A stretch of DNA of 64,000 nucleotides, from the NCBI GenBank assembly GCA_964527765.1, contig CAZGQR010000002.1, positions 135,701-199,700 of the forward strand. The letters are read 5' to 3'. Numbering within the stretch: the stretch's first letter is position 1; each line of letters opens with the position of its first letter. Below are positions 47,238 through 58,632 of this stretch, piece by piece. A program made the position numbers and the translations under genes. This DNA is from an uncultured Planctomycetia bacterium. GTDB taxonomy: Bacteria; Omnitrophota; Gorgyraeia; Tantalellales; Tantalellaceae. Below the pieces are notes generated by a model. It saw nothing but the letters and a program-made list of their open reading frames with translations, made no database searches and was not told the origin of the DNA.

Positions 47238-47582
47238 ATGGAGGCGGATATGCAGATCAAGCTGGAGGAAAAAAGCGGGATATCGATCTTCAGGGTAGCC
47301 GGCGATATTGATATCAACAGCTCCCCGGAGGTGAAAAAATTCCTTGATAAGACGATATCACCGAAGAACAACAGGGTCGTGATAAACCTGAAAGAAGTGG
47401 GTTACGTGGACAGCTCCGGCCTTGCCACTCTCGTCGAGATCCTGAAAAACCTGCGCGCGTACGGAGGCACGCTGAAGCTGACCAACCTTTCCAATAAGGT
47501 CAGGGGGCTTTTCGAGATAACCAAACTGGACAAACTGTTCGATATCTCGGCGCATGAAGATGATGCTCTGAGTTCTTTCTGA
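47238..47582 (+). CDS. STAS-domain anti-sigma-factor antagonist (RsbV/SpoIIAA-like; could also be a MlaB-like STAS partner of the downstream Mla ATPase). An alternative start at 47250 has a better GGAGG spacing.
   Basis: ..FRVAGDIDINSSPEVKKFLDK..VVINLKEVGYVDSSGLATLVEIL..GGTLKLTNLSNKVRGLFEITKLDKLF.. Confidence 0.8.
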   Translation: MEADMQIKLEEKSGISIFRVAGDIDINSSPEVKKFLDKTISPKNNRVVINLKEVGYVDSSGLATLVEILKNLRAYGGTLKLTNLSNKVRGLFEITKLDKLFDISAHEDDALSSF

Positions 47583-47600
47583 GCGGGGGATGACTGAAAA

Positions 47601-48398
47601 ATGGAAAACCCGGTAGCGATCACAGGAAAAATAGCGATTGATCTTATAAAACACATACGGGATATACTGTCGCTTCTTTTCAACACCGTCTGGTGGATAG
47701 TCGTGGGCCCGTTCAAGGGCAAGGAGGCCAGCAGGCAGAATATCTTTCAGCAGCTGGTGTTCGCCGGAGTCCAGTCCGTTATTATAGTATTTTTTATATC
47801 CCTTTTCACGGGTATAGTCATAGCCATGCAAAGCGCCTATCAGCTGAGGCAGCTGGGCGCCATCATATATGTGGCTCCCATGGTAAGCATAAGCATGGCC
47901 AGGGAACTTGGGCCCGTTTTCACGGCTCTGGTGGTCGCCGGCAGGGTAGGATCGGCCATAGCCGCGGAACTGGGGACCATGAAGGTCTCCGAGCAGATAG
48001 AGGCCCTCGAGACCATCGCGCTCGATCCCGTGAGGTTCCTCGTAGTCCCGCGCTTTATCGCGCTTCTGGTGATGCTTCCGTGCCTGACGATCATGAGCGA
48101 TATCATAGGGATATTGGGGGGCTTTATTGTCGGGGTGTTTAACCTCCAGCTTAATCCTTACAGATATTTGAGATTTTCGTTCGATCTCATGACCTGGAAG
48201 GACGTGTGGACCGGGCTGATAAAAAGCGGGCTGTTCGCGGTCATTATTTCCATGATCGCGTGCTATGTGGGGCTCGAGACCCGGGGCGGCGCCGAAGGGG
48301 TCGGAAAATCAACAACGCTCAGCGTTGTCATCAGTTTCATATTGATAGTCCTTTTTGATTGCATACTGACAGGGCTGTTCTATTTCTCTAATATGTAA
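47601..48398 (+). CDS. mlaE: ABC transporter permease MlaE (phospholipid/lipid asymmetry maintenance family)
   Basis: ..FQQLVFAGVQSVIIVFFISLFTGIVIAMQSAYQLRQLGA.., ..EALETIALDPVRFLVVPRF.. Confidence 0.85.
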   Translation: MENPVAITGKIAIDLIKHIRDILSLLFNTVWWIVVGPFKGKEASRQNIFQQLVFAGVQSVIIVFFISLFTGIVIAMQSAYQLRQLGAIIYVAPMVSISMARELGPVFTALVVAGRVGSAIAAELGTMKVSEQIEALETIALDPVRFLVVPRFIALLVMLPCLTIMSDIIGILGGFIVGVFNLQLNPYRYLRFSFDLMTWKDVWTGLIKSGLFAVIISMIACYVGLETRGGAEGVGKSTTLSVVISFILIVLFDCILTGLFYFSNM

Positions 48399-48409
48399 GC
48401 GGTTCAAAC

Positions 48410-49210
48410 ATGGAAAAGAAGGAAGTCGTCATAGCGGTAAGGGACCTGGTGAAAAAATTCGGGGACAGGGTCATCCTCAACGGCGTCGATCTTGAGATAT
48501 TCAGGGGGGAGACGTTCGTTATCATGGGCGGTTCCGGCTGCGGCAAAAGCACGCTGCTCAGGCATATGATCGGGAATCTGAAGCCCTCTTCCGGCAGGGT
48601 CGCTCTGCTCGGCGAGGATATAACCGACCTTTACGGAGCCGAGCTGGACGATGTCCGCAAGAAGATCGGCATGTCGTTCCAGTCATCCGCGCTTTTCGAC
48701 TCCATGACGGTCGGCGAGAACGTGAGCCTGCCGCTTCGGGAACACACAAAGCTCTCAAAGAGCGTTATAGATATCATAGTTACGATGAAACTGGAGCTCG
48801 TCGGTCTCAGGGGGTTCGAGGATCTCATGCCCAGCGAGCTTTCCGGAGGCATGAAAAAAAGAGTGGGGCTGGCCAGGGCCATAGCGATGGACCCGCAGAT
48901 CATTTTTTATGACGAACCCACCGCCGGCCTGGACCCGATCGTGGCGGCCGTGATAGACAAGCTGATCATCGATCTTTCAAAGAAGCTGTCCGTTACCAGT
49001 GTCGTGGTCACGCATGACATGAAGAGCGTCATGACCGTGGGGGACAGGATAGCCATGCTGTACGAAGGAAAGATCCTTGAGGTCGGCACGCCCGACGAGA
49101 TAAAAAATTCCAGCAACGAAATGGTCCAGCAGTTCATAAAAGGCAAGCACGACGGGCCTATACGGTTTTTTCAGCAAAAAGATGATTATCTGGAGCATTT
49201 GACCCGATAA
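48410..49210 (+). CDS. mlaF: ABC transporter ATP-binding protein MlaF
   Basis: Walker A GGSGCGKST, signature LSGGMKKRVGLARA, Walker B IIFYDEPTAGLD. Confidence 0.9.
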   Translation: MEKKEVVIAVRDLVKKFGDRVILNGVDLEIFRGETFVIMGGSGCGKSTLLRHMIGNLKPSSGRVALLGEDITDLYGAELDDVRKKIGMSFQSSALFDSMTVGENVSLPLREHTKLSKSVIDIIVTMKLELVGLRGFEDLMPSELSGGMKKRVGLARAIAMDPQIIFYDEPTAGLDPIVAAVIDKLIIDLSKKLSVTSVVVTHDMKSVMTVGDRIAMLYEGKILEVGTPDEIKNSSNEMVQQFIKGKHDGPIRFFQQKDDYLEHLTR

Positions 49211-49227
49211 ACAAAAGGAGAATCAAA

Positions 49228-49821
49228 ATGAGACTTTCCAATGAGATAAAAGCGGGCCTGGTCGTTGTAGTGGCGATCATCATCGCTGCCATGTTTTTCC
49301 TTAAGACCGCGACTTTTTACCACCGTAAATACGCCCTGAAGACCTTTTTCACGTACGCGGGGGACCTTAAGACCGACGCCGTGGTGAAACTTGCGGGCAT
49401 CGAAGTGGGAAGGGTAAAGGTCATAGACTTTGTCTATGACCGGGCGACGAAGGTAAAATGCGTGCTCGAACTTGATACGGACGCCAGGGTCCGGGCGGAT
49501 TCCATCGCCTATATCGGGACCGCGGGGTTTGTCGGGGACGCGTACGTGGGCCTCACGCCGGGGACATCTGAGGAATTTCTCAAGGCCGGCAGTGTCGTGG
49601 AAAGCGAAGACCCCGTTCAGATGCGCCTTGTCTGGAAAAAGGCGGAAAATATAGCGGACAATCTTGACGGGATCCTCACCGAGGTAAGGTCCCTGGTCGT
49701 TGACAACAGGCAGAACCTGGATAACATAATCGTCAACCTGGAAGCGACCACCGAGAATTTCAAGGAGTTCAGCGCGGATGTAAAACAACATCCCTGGAAA
49801 CTTTTGTTCAAGGGGGAATAG
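49228..49821 (+). CDS. mlaD: MCE-domain substrate-binding protein MlaD
   Basis: N-terminal TM followed by ..AGDLKTDAVVKLAGIEVGRVKVIDF.. (MCE domain). Confidence 0.8.
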   Translation: MRLSNEIKAGLVVVVAIIIAAMFFLKTATFYHRKYALKTFFTYAGDLKTDAVVKLAGIEVGRVKVIDFVYDRATKVKCVLELDTDARVRADSIAYIGTAGFVGDAYVGLTPGTSEEFLKAGSVVESEDPVQMRLVWKKAENIADNLDGILTEVRSLVVDNRQNLDNIIVNLEATTENFKEFSADVKQHPWKLLFKGE

Positions 49822-49831
49822 GGGGTTCGAC

Positions 49832-50605
49832 ATGAAAAAATTCCTGATCTTACTGGTATGCGTTATGTTCACGGCATGCCTGAACCAGACCGCTTTCAGC
49901 GCTGAAGAAACGGTTATCGTTATCTCTTATGCCGGCGACGTAAAGGTCGTGCCCGCGGGCCAGGTCAAGCCCCTGGCGTGCAGACCGGGCATGCTCCTTT
50001 CCGAAGGCACCCGTATCATCACCGGGGAGGAGTCGTATGTGGAAATAGCTTTTGACAAGCCCAGGAGCAATATCTTAAAGGTCAAGGAGAACAGCGAGGT
50101 GGTCCTTAAGTTCAACGATTCCGACAAGGTCGAGCTTATAGACGGAAAAGTATTCGTCCTGCTGCGGGACCTCAAAAGAGGAAGCGCCTTTCGCGTGAGG
50201 ACGCCGTGCGCCGTGTGCGGCGCGCGCGGGACGGGCTGGGGCGTGATAACGGACAGCAAGATCACGGATGTGGCTGTTTTTGAGGCAAAAGTGTTCGTCA
50301 GGGGCCTTAAGAAAGACGGGTCAGCCATGGATGAGGAATACTGGATCGAAAAGGGGTTCGAGAGGAAGGTAAAAAAGTTTGAATCCCCTGGGGAGCTGTT
50401 AAAGGTCTCCGATGAAAGGCTGGCCGAGATGGAAGCGGAATTCGGCCTTGATGCAGGCAAGAAAAAGAGCAGGGAGAATAAATTTAAAGGTTTCGGCAAG
50501 AACAACACCATGCGGGAAGAACAGATGGAAAGTATCCTGGAACGTAAAGATGACGCACGGCTCGATAAGATGCGGGAAAAAAGAAGCAGCGGCGGAAAAA
50601 GATAA
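49832..50605 (+). CDS. Secreted FecR-domain protein, paralog 1
   Basis: Signal peptide MKKFLILLVCVMFTACLNQTAFSA; ..SYAGDVKVVPAGQ..PGMLLSEGTRIITGEESYVEIAFDK..LKVKENSEVVL..VRTPCAVCGARGTGW.. (FecR-like beta-sandwich). Confidence 0.65.
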   Translation: MKKFLILLVCVMFTACLNQTAFSAEETVIVISYAGDVKVVPAGQVKPLACRPGMLLSEGTRIITGEESYVEIAFDKPRSNILKVKENSEVVLKFNDSDKVELIDGKVFVLLRDLKRGSAFRVRTPCAVCGARGTGWGVITDSKITDVAVFEAKVFVRGLKKDGSAMDEEYWIEKGFERKVKKFESPGELLKVSDERLAEMEAEFGLDAGKKKSRENKFKGFGKNNTMREEQMESILERKDDARLDKMREKRSSGGKR

Positions 50606-50671
50606 AGAAAAAACCGTAAGAATAATATATATAATATGTTAGGTGAAACACTGGCTTTTGTATCTCTTATC

Positions 50672-50700
50672 TTGTCTTCTCTCCAGGCCTGGGTTATACT
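50672..50700 (+). promoter_or_regulatory. Candidate sigma70-like promoter (TTGTCT-N17-TATACT) for FecR paralog 2
   Basis: ttgtct at 50672-50677, tatact at 50695-50700; downstream GGGGAGGG RBS before ATG 50765. Confidence 0.35.
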
Positions 50701-50764
50701 TTAAATGTATAGTATTAAAATTCAAGTTGCCGGGCTTTTAACGCAATAAACAGGGGAGGGAAAA

Positions 50765-51748
50765 ATGAAAAAGTTCTTAACTATAATATTATGTCTTACA
50801 TTTGCCGGATATCTGGCCGGCGCCGCGCAGGCTTTGGAAAGAACCGTGAGAGTCGCGTCGTATGCCGGTGACGTAAAGATCGTGCCCGTCGGCGCGGCAA
50901 AAGGCGAAGCATGCCGGGCCGGCATGAAACTCAAAGCAGGCACCCGGGTCATCACCGGGGAAGAGGCTTCCGTCGAAGTGACCTTTGACAAGCCGGGGCG
51001 TAACGTTTTGAAGATAAAAGAGAACAGCGAGGTGGTGATAAAACTGGAAGATGCCGACAGGATCGATCTTGTCGACGGCGAGATCATTACCGTGCTGCGG
51101 GACCTTAAAAGAGGTGAAACGTTCCGCGTGAGGACACCCTGCGCCACGTGCGGCGCGCGGGGAACCGGCTGGAACACGAAAACGGACAAGAACATCACTA
51201 ACGTGGCTGTTTTCGACGGCGAGATCTTTGTCCGGGGCATCAAGAAGGACGGGTCCGCCATGGATGAAGAGTACCGGGTAAAGAGGGGGTTCGAAAGAAA
51301 GATAAGGAAGTTCGAACGCCCCGCGAAGATGGAAAAGATATCCGAAGCCAGGTTTTCCAGGATGGAAAGGGAAGTCGAAAGGCTGGTAAAACCAAAAGGC
51401 GAGCTTGGGGAAAAACCGGCCAGACCCTCGGTAATCACTCCTCGAAAACCGGAGGGGGTAGCGGAAAAGAAAGCCGAAGTAACAGAGAGAAGAGAGAAGG
51501 TAACGGAAAAGAGAGCCGAGATGGCGGAAAGAAAAGAGAAGGTAGCGGAAAAGAAAGCCGAAATAGCGGAGAGGAAAGAAAGGGTAGCGGAAAAGAAAGA
51601 AAAAATTATTGAAAAGCGCGAAAAAATCGAAAAGATGATAGAAAAAGGCGCGGCTATGAGAGAAGAGCGCAGGGAAAGCGTCATCGAGCGCAAGGATGAC
51701 GAAAGGATCGACAAGATCGGCGAAAGCCGTATTAATACCGACGGATAA
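50765..51748 (+). CDS. Secreted FecR-domain protein, paralog 2, with a C-terminal Glu/Lys/Arg-rich repetitive coiled-coil tail
   Basis: ~55% identity to paralog 1 over the FecR region (..SYAGDVKIVPVG..RTPCATCGARGTGW..); tail AEKKAEVTERREKVTEKRAEMAERKEKVAEKKAEIAERKERVAEKKEKIIEKREKIEK. Confidence 0.65.
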   Translation: MKKFLTIILCLTFAGYLAGAAQALERTVRVASYAGDVKIVPVGAAKGEACRAGMKLKAGTRVITGEEASVEVTFDKPGRNVLKIKENSEVVIKLEDADRIDLVDGEIITVLRDLKRGETFRVRTPCATCGARGTGWNTKTDKNITNVAVFDGEIFVRGIKKDGSAMDEEYRVKRGFERKIRKFERPAKMEKISEARFSRMEREVERLVKPKGELGEKPARPSVITPRKPEGVAEKKAEVTERREKVTEKRAEMAERKEKVAEKKAEIAERKERVAEKKEKIIEKREKIEKMIEKGAAMREERRESVIERKDDERIDKIGESRINTDG

Positions 51749-51754
51749 TATCAC

Positions 51755-52837
51755 ATGGCCGGAAAGGAGATGCGTTTGCCCTCAAAATATTTTCGAGCGT
51801 CGAAGATCTTCATTTTTCTGTTCATATTCCTGACAGCATCTCTATGGAGCTTTTCACCGTCGTTCGCTATTGACGAAGAAGTGATCGACAGGTACCCGTC
51901 CGCCGAACCTCCCCCTCAGGAAATGGAAAAAAGGGAAGAGAAGGAACACGTCTTTTATAAGCCGAAAGAGCGCCTTGAGGTCACCGCGTTCGCGGATGTG
52001 CAGCAGGGATACGATAACAACGTGGACCTTGACTCGGAACACCACAGGGACGGTTTCCTTCAGGGAACGGCGAACCTGGATGTCGGCTATGAGGCAATGG
52101 ACAACCTGAAGCTGAAGGGCGGCATTGATATCTTTGAGACGATCTATTACAAGTATAACGTCAACAACCTGTCGGATATCTCGCCCTACGCGGGATTCGA
52201 TCTTGAGATCAGCCCGGAGATCATCTCCCGCAATCGTTTTATTTTTGATTATTTTGCGTACCCGAACGAGAAGGAGAGCACGTATGCGGGGATCGCGCTC
52301 ACGTCTTACCTTCGCCACTATATCTCGGAGGATATCTATCATGAGGGAGGGTTTGAGTACCTGAGGCGCTGGTACCCGGACCGGAAGAGATTTCTCTCAA
52401 CTGCCGTAAAAGGCAATAAAGACCGCGTCGACAGCCGCTACAGGGTCAAGTACAATGTCGGCGTTTATACGGAGCGTTTTCTCGTAAAGGTGAGCAACCA
52501 GCTGAGCTATAACGATTCGAATGATCTGTACCAGGACTATTACGATTACTGGATGTACAGGCTGAAACCGTCGGTGATGTTCTTTTTCACGGATAAGTTT
52601 TACACGGACGTCAGCCTTATCTACAAATATACATGGTACAGGAACCGCACCACCACGCAGGACGCCAGCAAGAAAGAGCGCGATAATACCTACATGCTGA
52701 ACACGTCGCTATATTACGATATTTCAAAGAACATCACGTTCGGCGTCACGTATTCTTACAGCGAGAACGTGTCCAACGATCCGTTCCAGAAATATTCCGA
52801 CAGTATCGTGTCAGGCGGGATCTATTACAGTTTCTGA
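51755..52837 (+). CDS. Putative outer-membrane beta-barrel protein (hypothetical)
   Basis: N-terminal hydrophobic signal-like segment IFIFLFIFLTASLWSFSPSFA; Tyr/Asn-rich alternating amphipathic strands; C-terminal ..SGGIYYSF aromatic terminus typical of OMPs. Confidence 0.45.
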   Translation: MAGKEMRLPSKYFRASKIFIFLFIFLTASLWSFSPSFAIDEEVIDRYPSAEPPPQEMEKREEKEHVFYKPKERLEVTAFADVQQGYDNNVDLDSEHHRDGFLQGTANLDVGYEAMDNLKLKGGIDIFETIYYKYNVNNLSDISPYAGFDLEISPEIISRNRFIFDYFAYPNEKESTYAGIALTSYLRHYISEDIYHEGGFEYLRRWYPDRKRFLSTAVKGNKDRVDSRYRVKYNVGVYTERFLVKVSNQLSYNDSNDLYQDYYDYWMYRLKPSVMFFFTDKFYTDVSLIYKYTWYRNRTTTQDASKKERDNTYMLNTSLYYDISKNITFGVTYSYSENVSNDPFQKYSDSIVSGGIYYSF

Positions 52838-54753
52838 TGAAAAAGTTCGATACGATAAAATTAATCTACTTTGTCCTGGCGATTTTCCTTGCGGCCCTTT
52901 TTCTTTTCTTCTCCTACACAAGGGTATTCGATGAGTTTGAATACAGCACGCTCGATTTCAGATACAAGTCAAGACCACCGCAGGCCGTAAACAAGGACAT
53001 AGTCATCATCGAGGTAGGGGACGATTCCATAGAAAAAATAAGCAAGTGGCCGTTCCCCCGCAATTATCACGCGCTTTTGATCAAGGCCCTTAAGACCTCG
53101 GGGGCGGAGACCATTGTTTTTGATATATTCTTCAGCGAGGAAAAAGAAGGGGATGAGAAGTTCGCGGCGGCGGTCAGGGAGGCCGGCGAAGTGTACCTGC
53201 CGTATGTTTTCGATCTGGACAGGGACAGCACCGACAAAACGCGGGTCCATGCCGCCGGTTATACCGCACCCCTGATCGATGTGCTGGGAAAAGCGGCCAA
53301 GGGCACGGGATTTATAAATGTCGAGCCCGATATCGACGGCAAGATACGCAGGATACCTCCTTTTATCGAATACAAGGGGGTGTTCTATCCCCACCTGACG
53401 GTCCTGGTCGCGTTGAACCATTTCGGCTACAGGTTTGACCAGGTAAAGATAGTCCCCGGCGACAAGATGATCGCCGGGCAAGATGTGAGGATCCCGCTGA
53501 ACGAGGATTCTTCGATGCTGGTCAATTATCCCGCGACATGGGGCAAGGCGTTCCGCCACTATTCCTACGTTGATATACTGCAGTCTTATCTGGCCGATGT
53601 GACGGGCCAGGAACCCACGGTGGACCTGGGCGAGCTCAAGGACACGGTATGTTTTGTCGGGCTGACCGCGACCGCGGCCCCGGACGCTCACCCGTCCCCG
53701 ACGGAACCGCTGTATCCGGGGATCGGCGTACATACCAGTATCTACAACAGCATCATCGAAAAGGCCTTCCTGCGGAGACTGAACAAGTGGTGGAACCTTC
53801 TTATACTTGTCATCATGTGGCTCATCACCGGGTACATTACGCAGAAGAGCCGCAAACGGTTCGCTATATTGTCCATTTTGCTTGTCATGATACTGTACGT
53901 TCTTGTTGCCATGGTATTTTTCTGGCCGTTCGGCATATGGATAGATGTTTTTTATCCGCTCGTGAGCATAGGCGCCATTTACGCTATTTTTACGTTCAAG
54001 AAGTACCTGACCGAGACCCAGAAAAGGGAACTTATAGAAAAAGAACTTAACATAGCGAAAGATATCCAGCAGAGCTTCCTGCCAACGGAGATCCCGGCCA
54101 TAGGGGGCATGGATATAAGCGTCAGGATGGATACGGCGCGTCAGGTCGGAGGCGATCTTTATGATATAGTCCAGCTGGACGGCAAGAAGCTGGGGATCAT
54201 GATAGGGGATGTCTCCGGCAAAGGGGTCCCCGCCGCCCTTTACATGGCCAGGGTGGTAAGCGTGTTCAAGACTTTTGTCAGGGAAGGCACCGCGGCCGGC
54301 GTTCTTAAGAGCGTTAACGACCGGCTCGTGGGCGAAGGCGGGAGCAATCTCTTCGTCACGCTCACGTTCATGGTGTTCGATACGGAATCGGAAAGCATCA
54401 CTTTTGCCATCGGCGGGCATCTGCCGACCATCCTGGTGGAGCCCGACGGGAACGTGGAGCTCCTTGACGTGTCGGAAGGCTTTCCGCTGGGGCTGATAGA
54501 AGGGGATTTTTCCGAGGTCAAGCGGTACTTTAAGGCGGGAAGCACTTTTATTTTTTATACTGACGGCGTGACCGAAGCCATGAACGCCAGGGAAGAGATG
54601 TTCGGTCAGGACCGTCTTGTCGAACTGGCCAAAGGGCTGAGGGGGCTTTCGGCCAGGGAAGCCGTATCCGCCATACATGATGCGGTGTCGGCCTTTGCGG
54701 GAAAAGCGAAACAGCACGACGATATTACCGTGATAGCGGTAAAGTACAGATAA
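52837..54753 (+). CDS. CHASE2 extracytoplasmic sensor domain / TM region / PP2C-family (SpoIIE) serine phosphatase
   Basis: N-terminal TM, ~300-aa periplasmic region with CHASE2-like features (..IVIIEVGDDSIEK..WPFPRNYHA.. GFINVEPDIDGKIRRIP..), 3 TM helices, then GGDLYDIV..IMIGDVSGKGVPAALYMARV..FYTDGVTEA..ITVIAVKY. Confidence 0.75.
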   Translation: MKKFDTIKLIYFVLAIFLAALFLFFSYTRVFDEFEYSTLDFRYKSRPPQAVNKDIVIIEVGDDSIEKISKWPFPRNYHALLIKALKTSGAETIVFDIFFSEEKEGDEKFAAAVREAGEVYLPYVFDLDRDSTDKTRVHAAGYTAPLIDVLGKAAKGTGFINVEPDIDGKIRRIPPFIEYKGVFYPHLTVLVALNHFGYRFDQVKIVPGDKMIAGQDVRIPLNEDSSMLVNYPATWGKAFRHYSYVDILQSYLADVTGQEPTVDLGELKDTVCFVGLTATAAPDAHPSPTEPLYPGIGVHTSIYNSIIEKAFLRRLNKWWNLLILVIMWLITGYITQKSRKRFAILSILLVMILYVLVAMVFFWPFGIWIDVFYPLVSIGAIYAIFTFKKYLTETQKRELIEKELNIAKDIQQSFLPTEIPAIGGMDISVRMDTARQVGGDLYDIVQLDGKKLGIMIGDVSGKGVPAALYMARVVSVFKTFVREGTAAGVLKSVNDRLVGEGGSNLFVTLTFMVFDTESESITFAIGGHLPTILVEPDGNVELLDVSEGFPLGLIEGDFSEVKRYFKAGSTFIFYTDGVTEAMNAREEMFGQDRLVELAKGLRGLSAREAVSAIHDAVSAFAGKAKQHDDITVIAVKYR

Positions 54754-54773
54754 AGCCGCGGGTACAGATATAG

Positions 54774-56402
<1,629 letters not shown>

Positions 56403-56455
56403 CTTGACGGATACGGGTCTCGGCAATACAATTGTTTTTCTGAAGAATCGAACAT

Positions 56456-56543
56456 GCCGGAGTGGCGGAATTGGCAGACGCGCTGGACTCAAAATCCAGT
56501 GGGGTATCCCCCCATGTGGGTTCGACTCCCACCTCCGGCACCA
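56456..56543 (+). tRNA. tRNA-Leu (anticodon CAA), type II with a long variable arm, 3' CCA encoded
   Basis: Acceptor gccggag/ctccggc, anticodon stem ctgga/tccag with loop cuCAAaa, variable hairpin tgggg-tat-cccc, T-arm gtggg-ttcgact-cccac, discriminator A, CCA. Confidence 0.85.
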
Positions 56544-56587
56544 TACTTTCGAAACGGGAGTCGGCACCACCTAACAGGAAGGAAAAA

Positions 56588-58477
56588 ATGAACGAAAAAG
56601 TATTATCTCCACATGGCGGGTGCGGTCTCGTCAACAGGATCATCCCTGAGGTCGAGAGGAAGTACCTTTTTTCAAGGGCCTCCAAGTATAAGCCCTATAC
56701 CGTTACCAGCGAGGATCTTTCGATCTTTTACAGGATAGCCGACGGCACGCTGTCTCCGCTGGAAGGTCCGATGACCGAAAGCGAATTTTATAAGGTGCTG
56801 GATGAGGAATTCATAGAACGGAACGGCAAGAAATATGCCTGGACGATCCCTCTTGCCTTTCCCGTGACAAAGAGAGAGAAAGAGCGGCTTGAAACCGGGG
56901 AAACCGTCGTGCTGAAGAATGAATACGGGCTGATCATCGGCATCCTGGAAATATCGGATATCTATCATTTTGATAAGGCCAGGTACAATCAAGCCGTGTA
57001 CGGCACCGAGAGAAGGGACCACCCCGGCCCCCGCATAGTCAACAATGACCCCCGGGATTATCTCCTGGGCGGCAAGATATGGGCCCTTCCGCCGCTGAAC
57101 TACCCTTCCTACGGCAAGTACATGCTTTCCCCGGAAGAGGCCAGGGAAGTGTTCAGGGAGCGGAAGTGGGACAGGATCGTCGCGTTCCAGACCAGGAACG
57201 CCCTGCACCGCGCTCATGAATATACAATGGTGTACGCGGCGGAAAAACTCACGAAAGAAGGTTTTTTCGCCGGGGTCGTATTGAATCCGCTGGTGGGAGC
57301 GACCAAGAAGGACGATATTCCAGCCGATGTCAGGATGAGAACATACGAAGTCGAGCTTGATAAAAGGATCCTGGGCCACGGCGATAAAGATATCGGGTTC
57401 TGGAAGAAGAAAGGTTACGATTTCAGCGACCAGGTCTTTCTGATAGGGCTTGACATGAAGATGTTCTACGCGGGCCCCAAAGAAGCGGTCATGCACGCCA
57501 TCTACAGGCAGAATTACGGTTTTACCGACATTATCATCGGCAGGAAGCACGCGGACGCCCATTTTGATGACGGGGCGCCCGTCTGGGGGGATTTTGACGC
57601 CCAGCATAAATTTGAAGAATTGAAGGGCGAGCTTCTGATAAAACCGCTCAAGATAGGATTCGCGTCCTACTTCAGGGAGATAGAAAGAGTGGGGCTGGTG
57701 GAAGAATTTAAGACAAAGGGCTATCACCCGGTGACTATTTCCGGCAAGGAGCTGAGGAAAAAACTGGAAAATGAGGAGCCTGTCGACGAGCGGATCATGC
57801 GGGAACCGGTCGTGAAGGTCCTGGAGGACTTTTACCATAAAAAAAGGGAACGGGAGCAAAAGATAAAGAGCACGAACATCACCTGGCACGAAACGGGGAT
57901 ATCGAAACAGTACAGGGAAAAACAGAACGGCCACAGGGGCGCGGTCATCTGGATCACGGGGCTTCCCTGTTCGGGCAAATCCACGGTAGCCGTGGAACTG
58001 CAGGCTTTGTTATTTGAAGCCGGGTGCAAGACCTTCGTTCTCGACGGTGACAACATAAGGCACGGGCTCAATAAGGATCTGGGCTTTTCCCCCGAGGACC
58101 GCGAAGAAAATATAAGGCGCATCGGGGAGGTCGCGAAACTGTTCGCCGAAGCCGGGTTCCTGGTCATAACGGCTTTTGTTTCCCCGTACAGGAGGGACAG
58201 GGATAACGTCAGGGGGCTCGTGGCGGAAGGCGATTTTGTAGAGGCGTTCATAAAGGCCGGCGTTTCCACGTGCGAAAAAAGGGACGCAAAAGGCCTTTAC
58301 GGCAAGGCGCGCAGGGGAGAGATAAAGGATTTCACCGGGATATCGGCCCCGTACGAAGAACCGGAGCGCCCGGAACTCATAATCGACACGGAGATAGAGA
58401 CAAAAGAGGAAAGCGCGGGGCGCATTTTTAAATATCTGAAGGAAAAAGGATATATTTATAAAGAGATCTCATTTTAA
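56588..58477 (+). CDS. Bifunctional sulfate adenylyltransferase (ATP sulfurylase) / adenylyl-sulfate kinase (Sat-CysC fusion). Start placed at ATG 56588, after the tRNA that the ORF-track coordinates overlap.
   Basis: ATP sulfurylase: [11 protein letters not shown], ..[11 protein letters not shown]..; APS kinase: [65 protein letters not shown]. Confidence 0.85.
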   Translation: MNEKVLSPHGGCGLVNRIIPEVERKYLFSRASKYKPYTVTSEDLSIFYRIADGTLSPLEGPMTESEFYKVLDEEFIERNGKKYAWTIPLAFPVTKREKERLETGETVVLKNEYGLIIGILEISDIYHFDKARYNQAVYGTERRDHPGPRIVNNDPRDYLLGGKIWALPPLNYPSYGKYMLSPEEAREVFRERKWDRIVAFQTRNALHRAHEYTMVYAAEKLTKEGFFAGVVLNPLVGATKKDDIPADVRMRTYEVELDKRILGHGDKDIGFWKKKGYDFSDQVFLIGLDMKMFYAGPKEAVMHAIYRQNYGFTDIIIGRKHADAHFDDGAPVWGDFDAQHKFEELKGELLIKPLKIGFASYFREIERVGLVEEFKTKGYHPVTISGKELRKKLENEEPVDERIMREPVVKVLEDFYHKKREREQKIKSTNITWHETGISKQYREKQNGHRGAVIWITGLPCSGKSTVAVELQALLFEAGCKTFVLDGDNIRHGLNKDLGFSPEDREENIRRIGEVAKLFAEAGFLVITAFVSPYRRDRDNVRGLVAEGDFVEAFIKAGVSTCEKRDAKGLYGKARRGEIKDFTGISAPYEEPERPELIIDTEIETKEESAGRIFKYLKEKGYIYKEISF

Positions 58478-58532
58478 ATTGACAGTGCTCCGGTGCGATG
58501 ATATATTGTTTTTTCAGTAATTTACCCGGTGT

Positions 58533-58608
58533 GGGGCTGTAGCTCAGCTGGGAGAGCGCGTGCATGGCATGCATGAGGTCAGGGGTTCGATCCCCCTCAG
58601 CTCCACCA
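58533..58608 (+). tRNA. tRNA-Ala (anticodon GGC), 3' CCA encoded
   Basis: Acceptor ggggctg/cagctcc with G3:U70, D-arm gctc-agctgggaga-gagc, anticodon stem cgtgc/gcatg with loop auGGCau, T-arm gtcag-gggttcgatccc-ctcag. Confidence 0.85.
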
Positions 58609-58632
58609 CTTTATTTTTTTTGACTTTTACTA

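Noticed and set aside
52969-54717. 582-aa minus-strand ORF
   Set aside because: Antisense to the CHASE2-PP2C gene, which carries clear SpoIIE motifs and TM segments; the minus-frame product has no recognisable features
56456-58608. tRNA-flanked genomic island
   Set aside because: No integrase, transposase or attL/attR-like direct repeats; the intervening gene is core sulfur-assimilation metabolism
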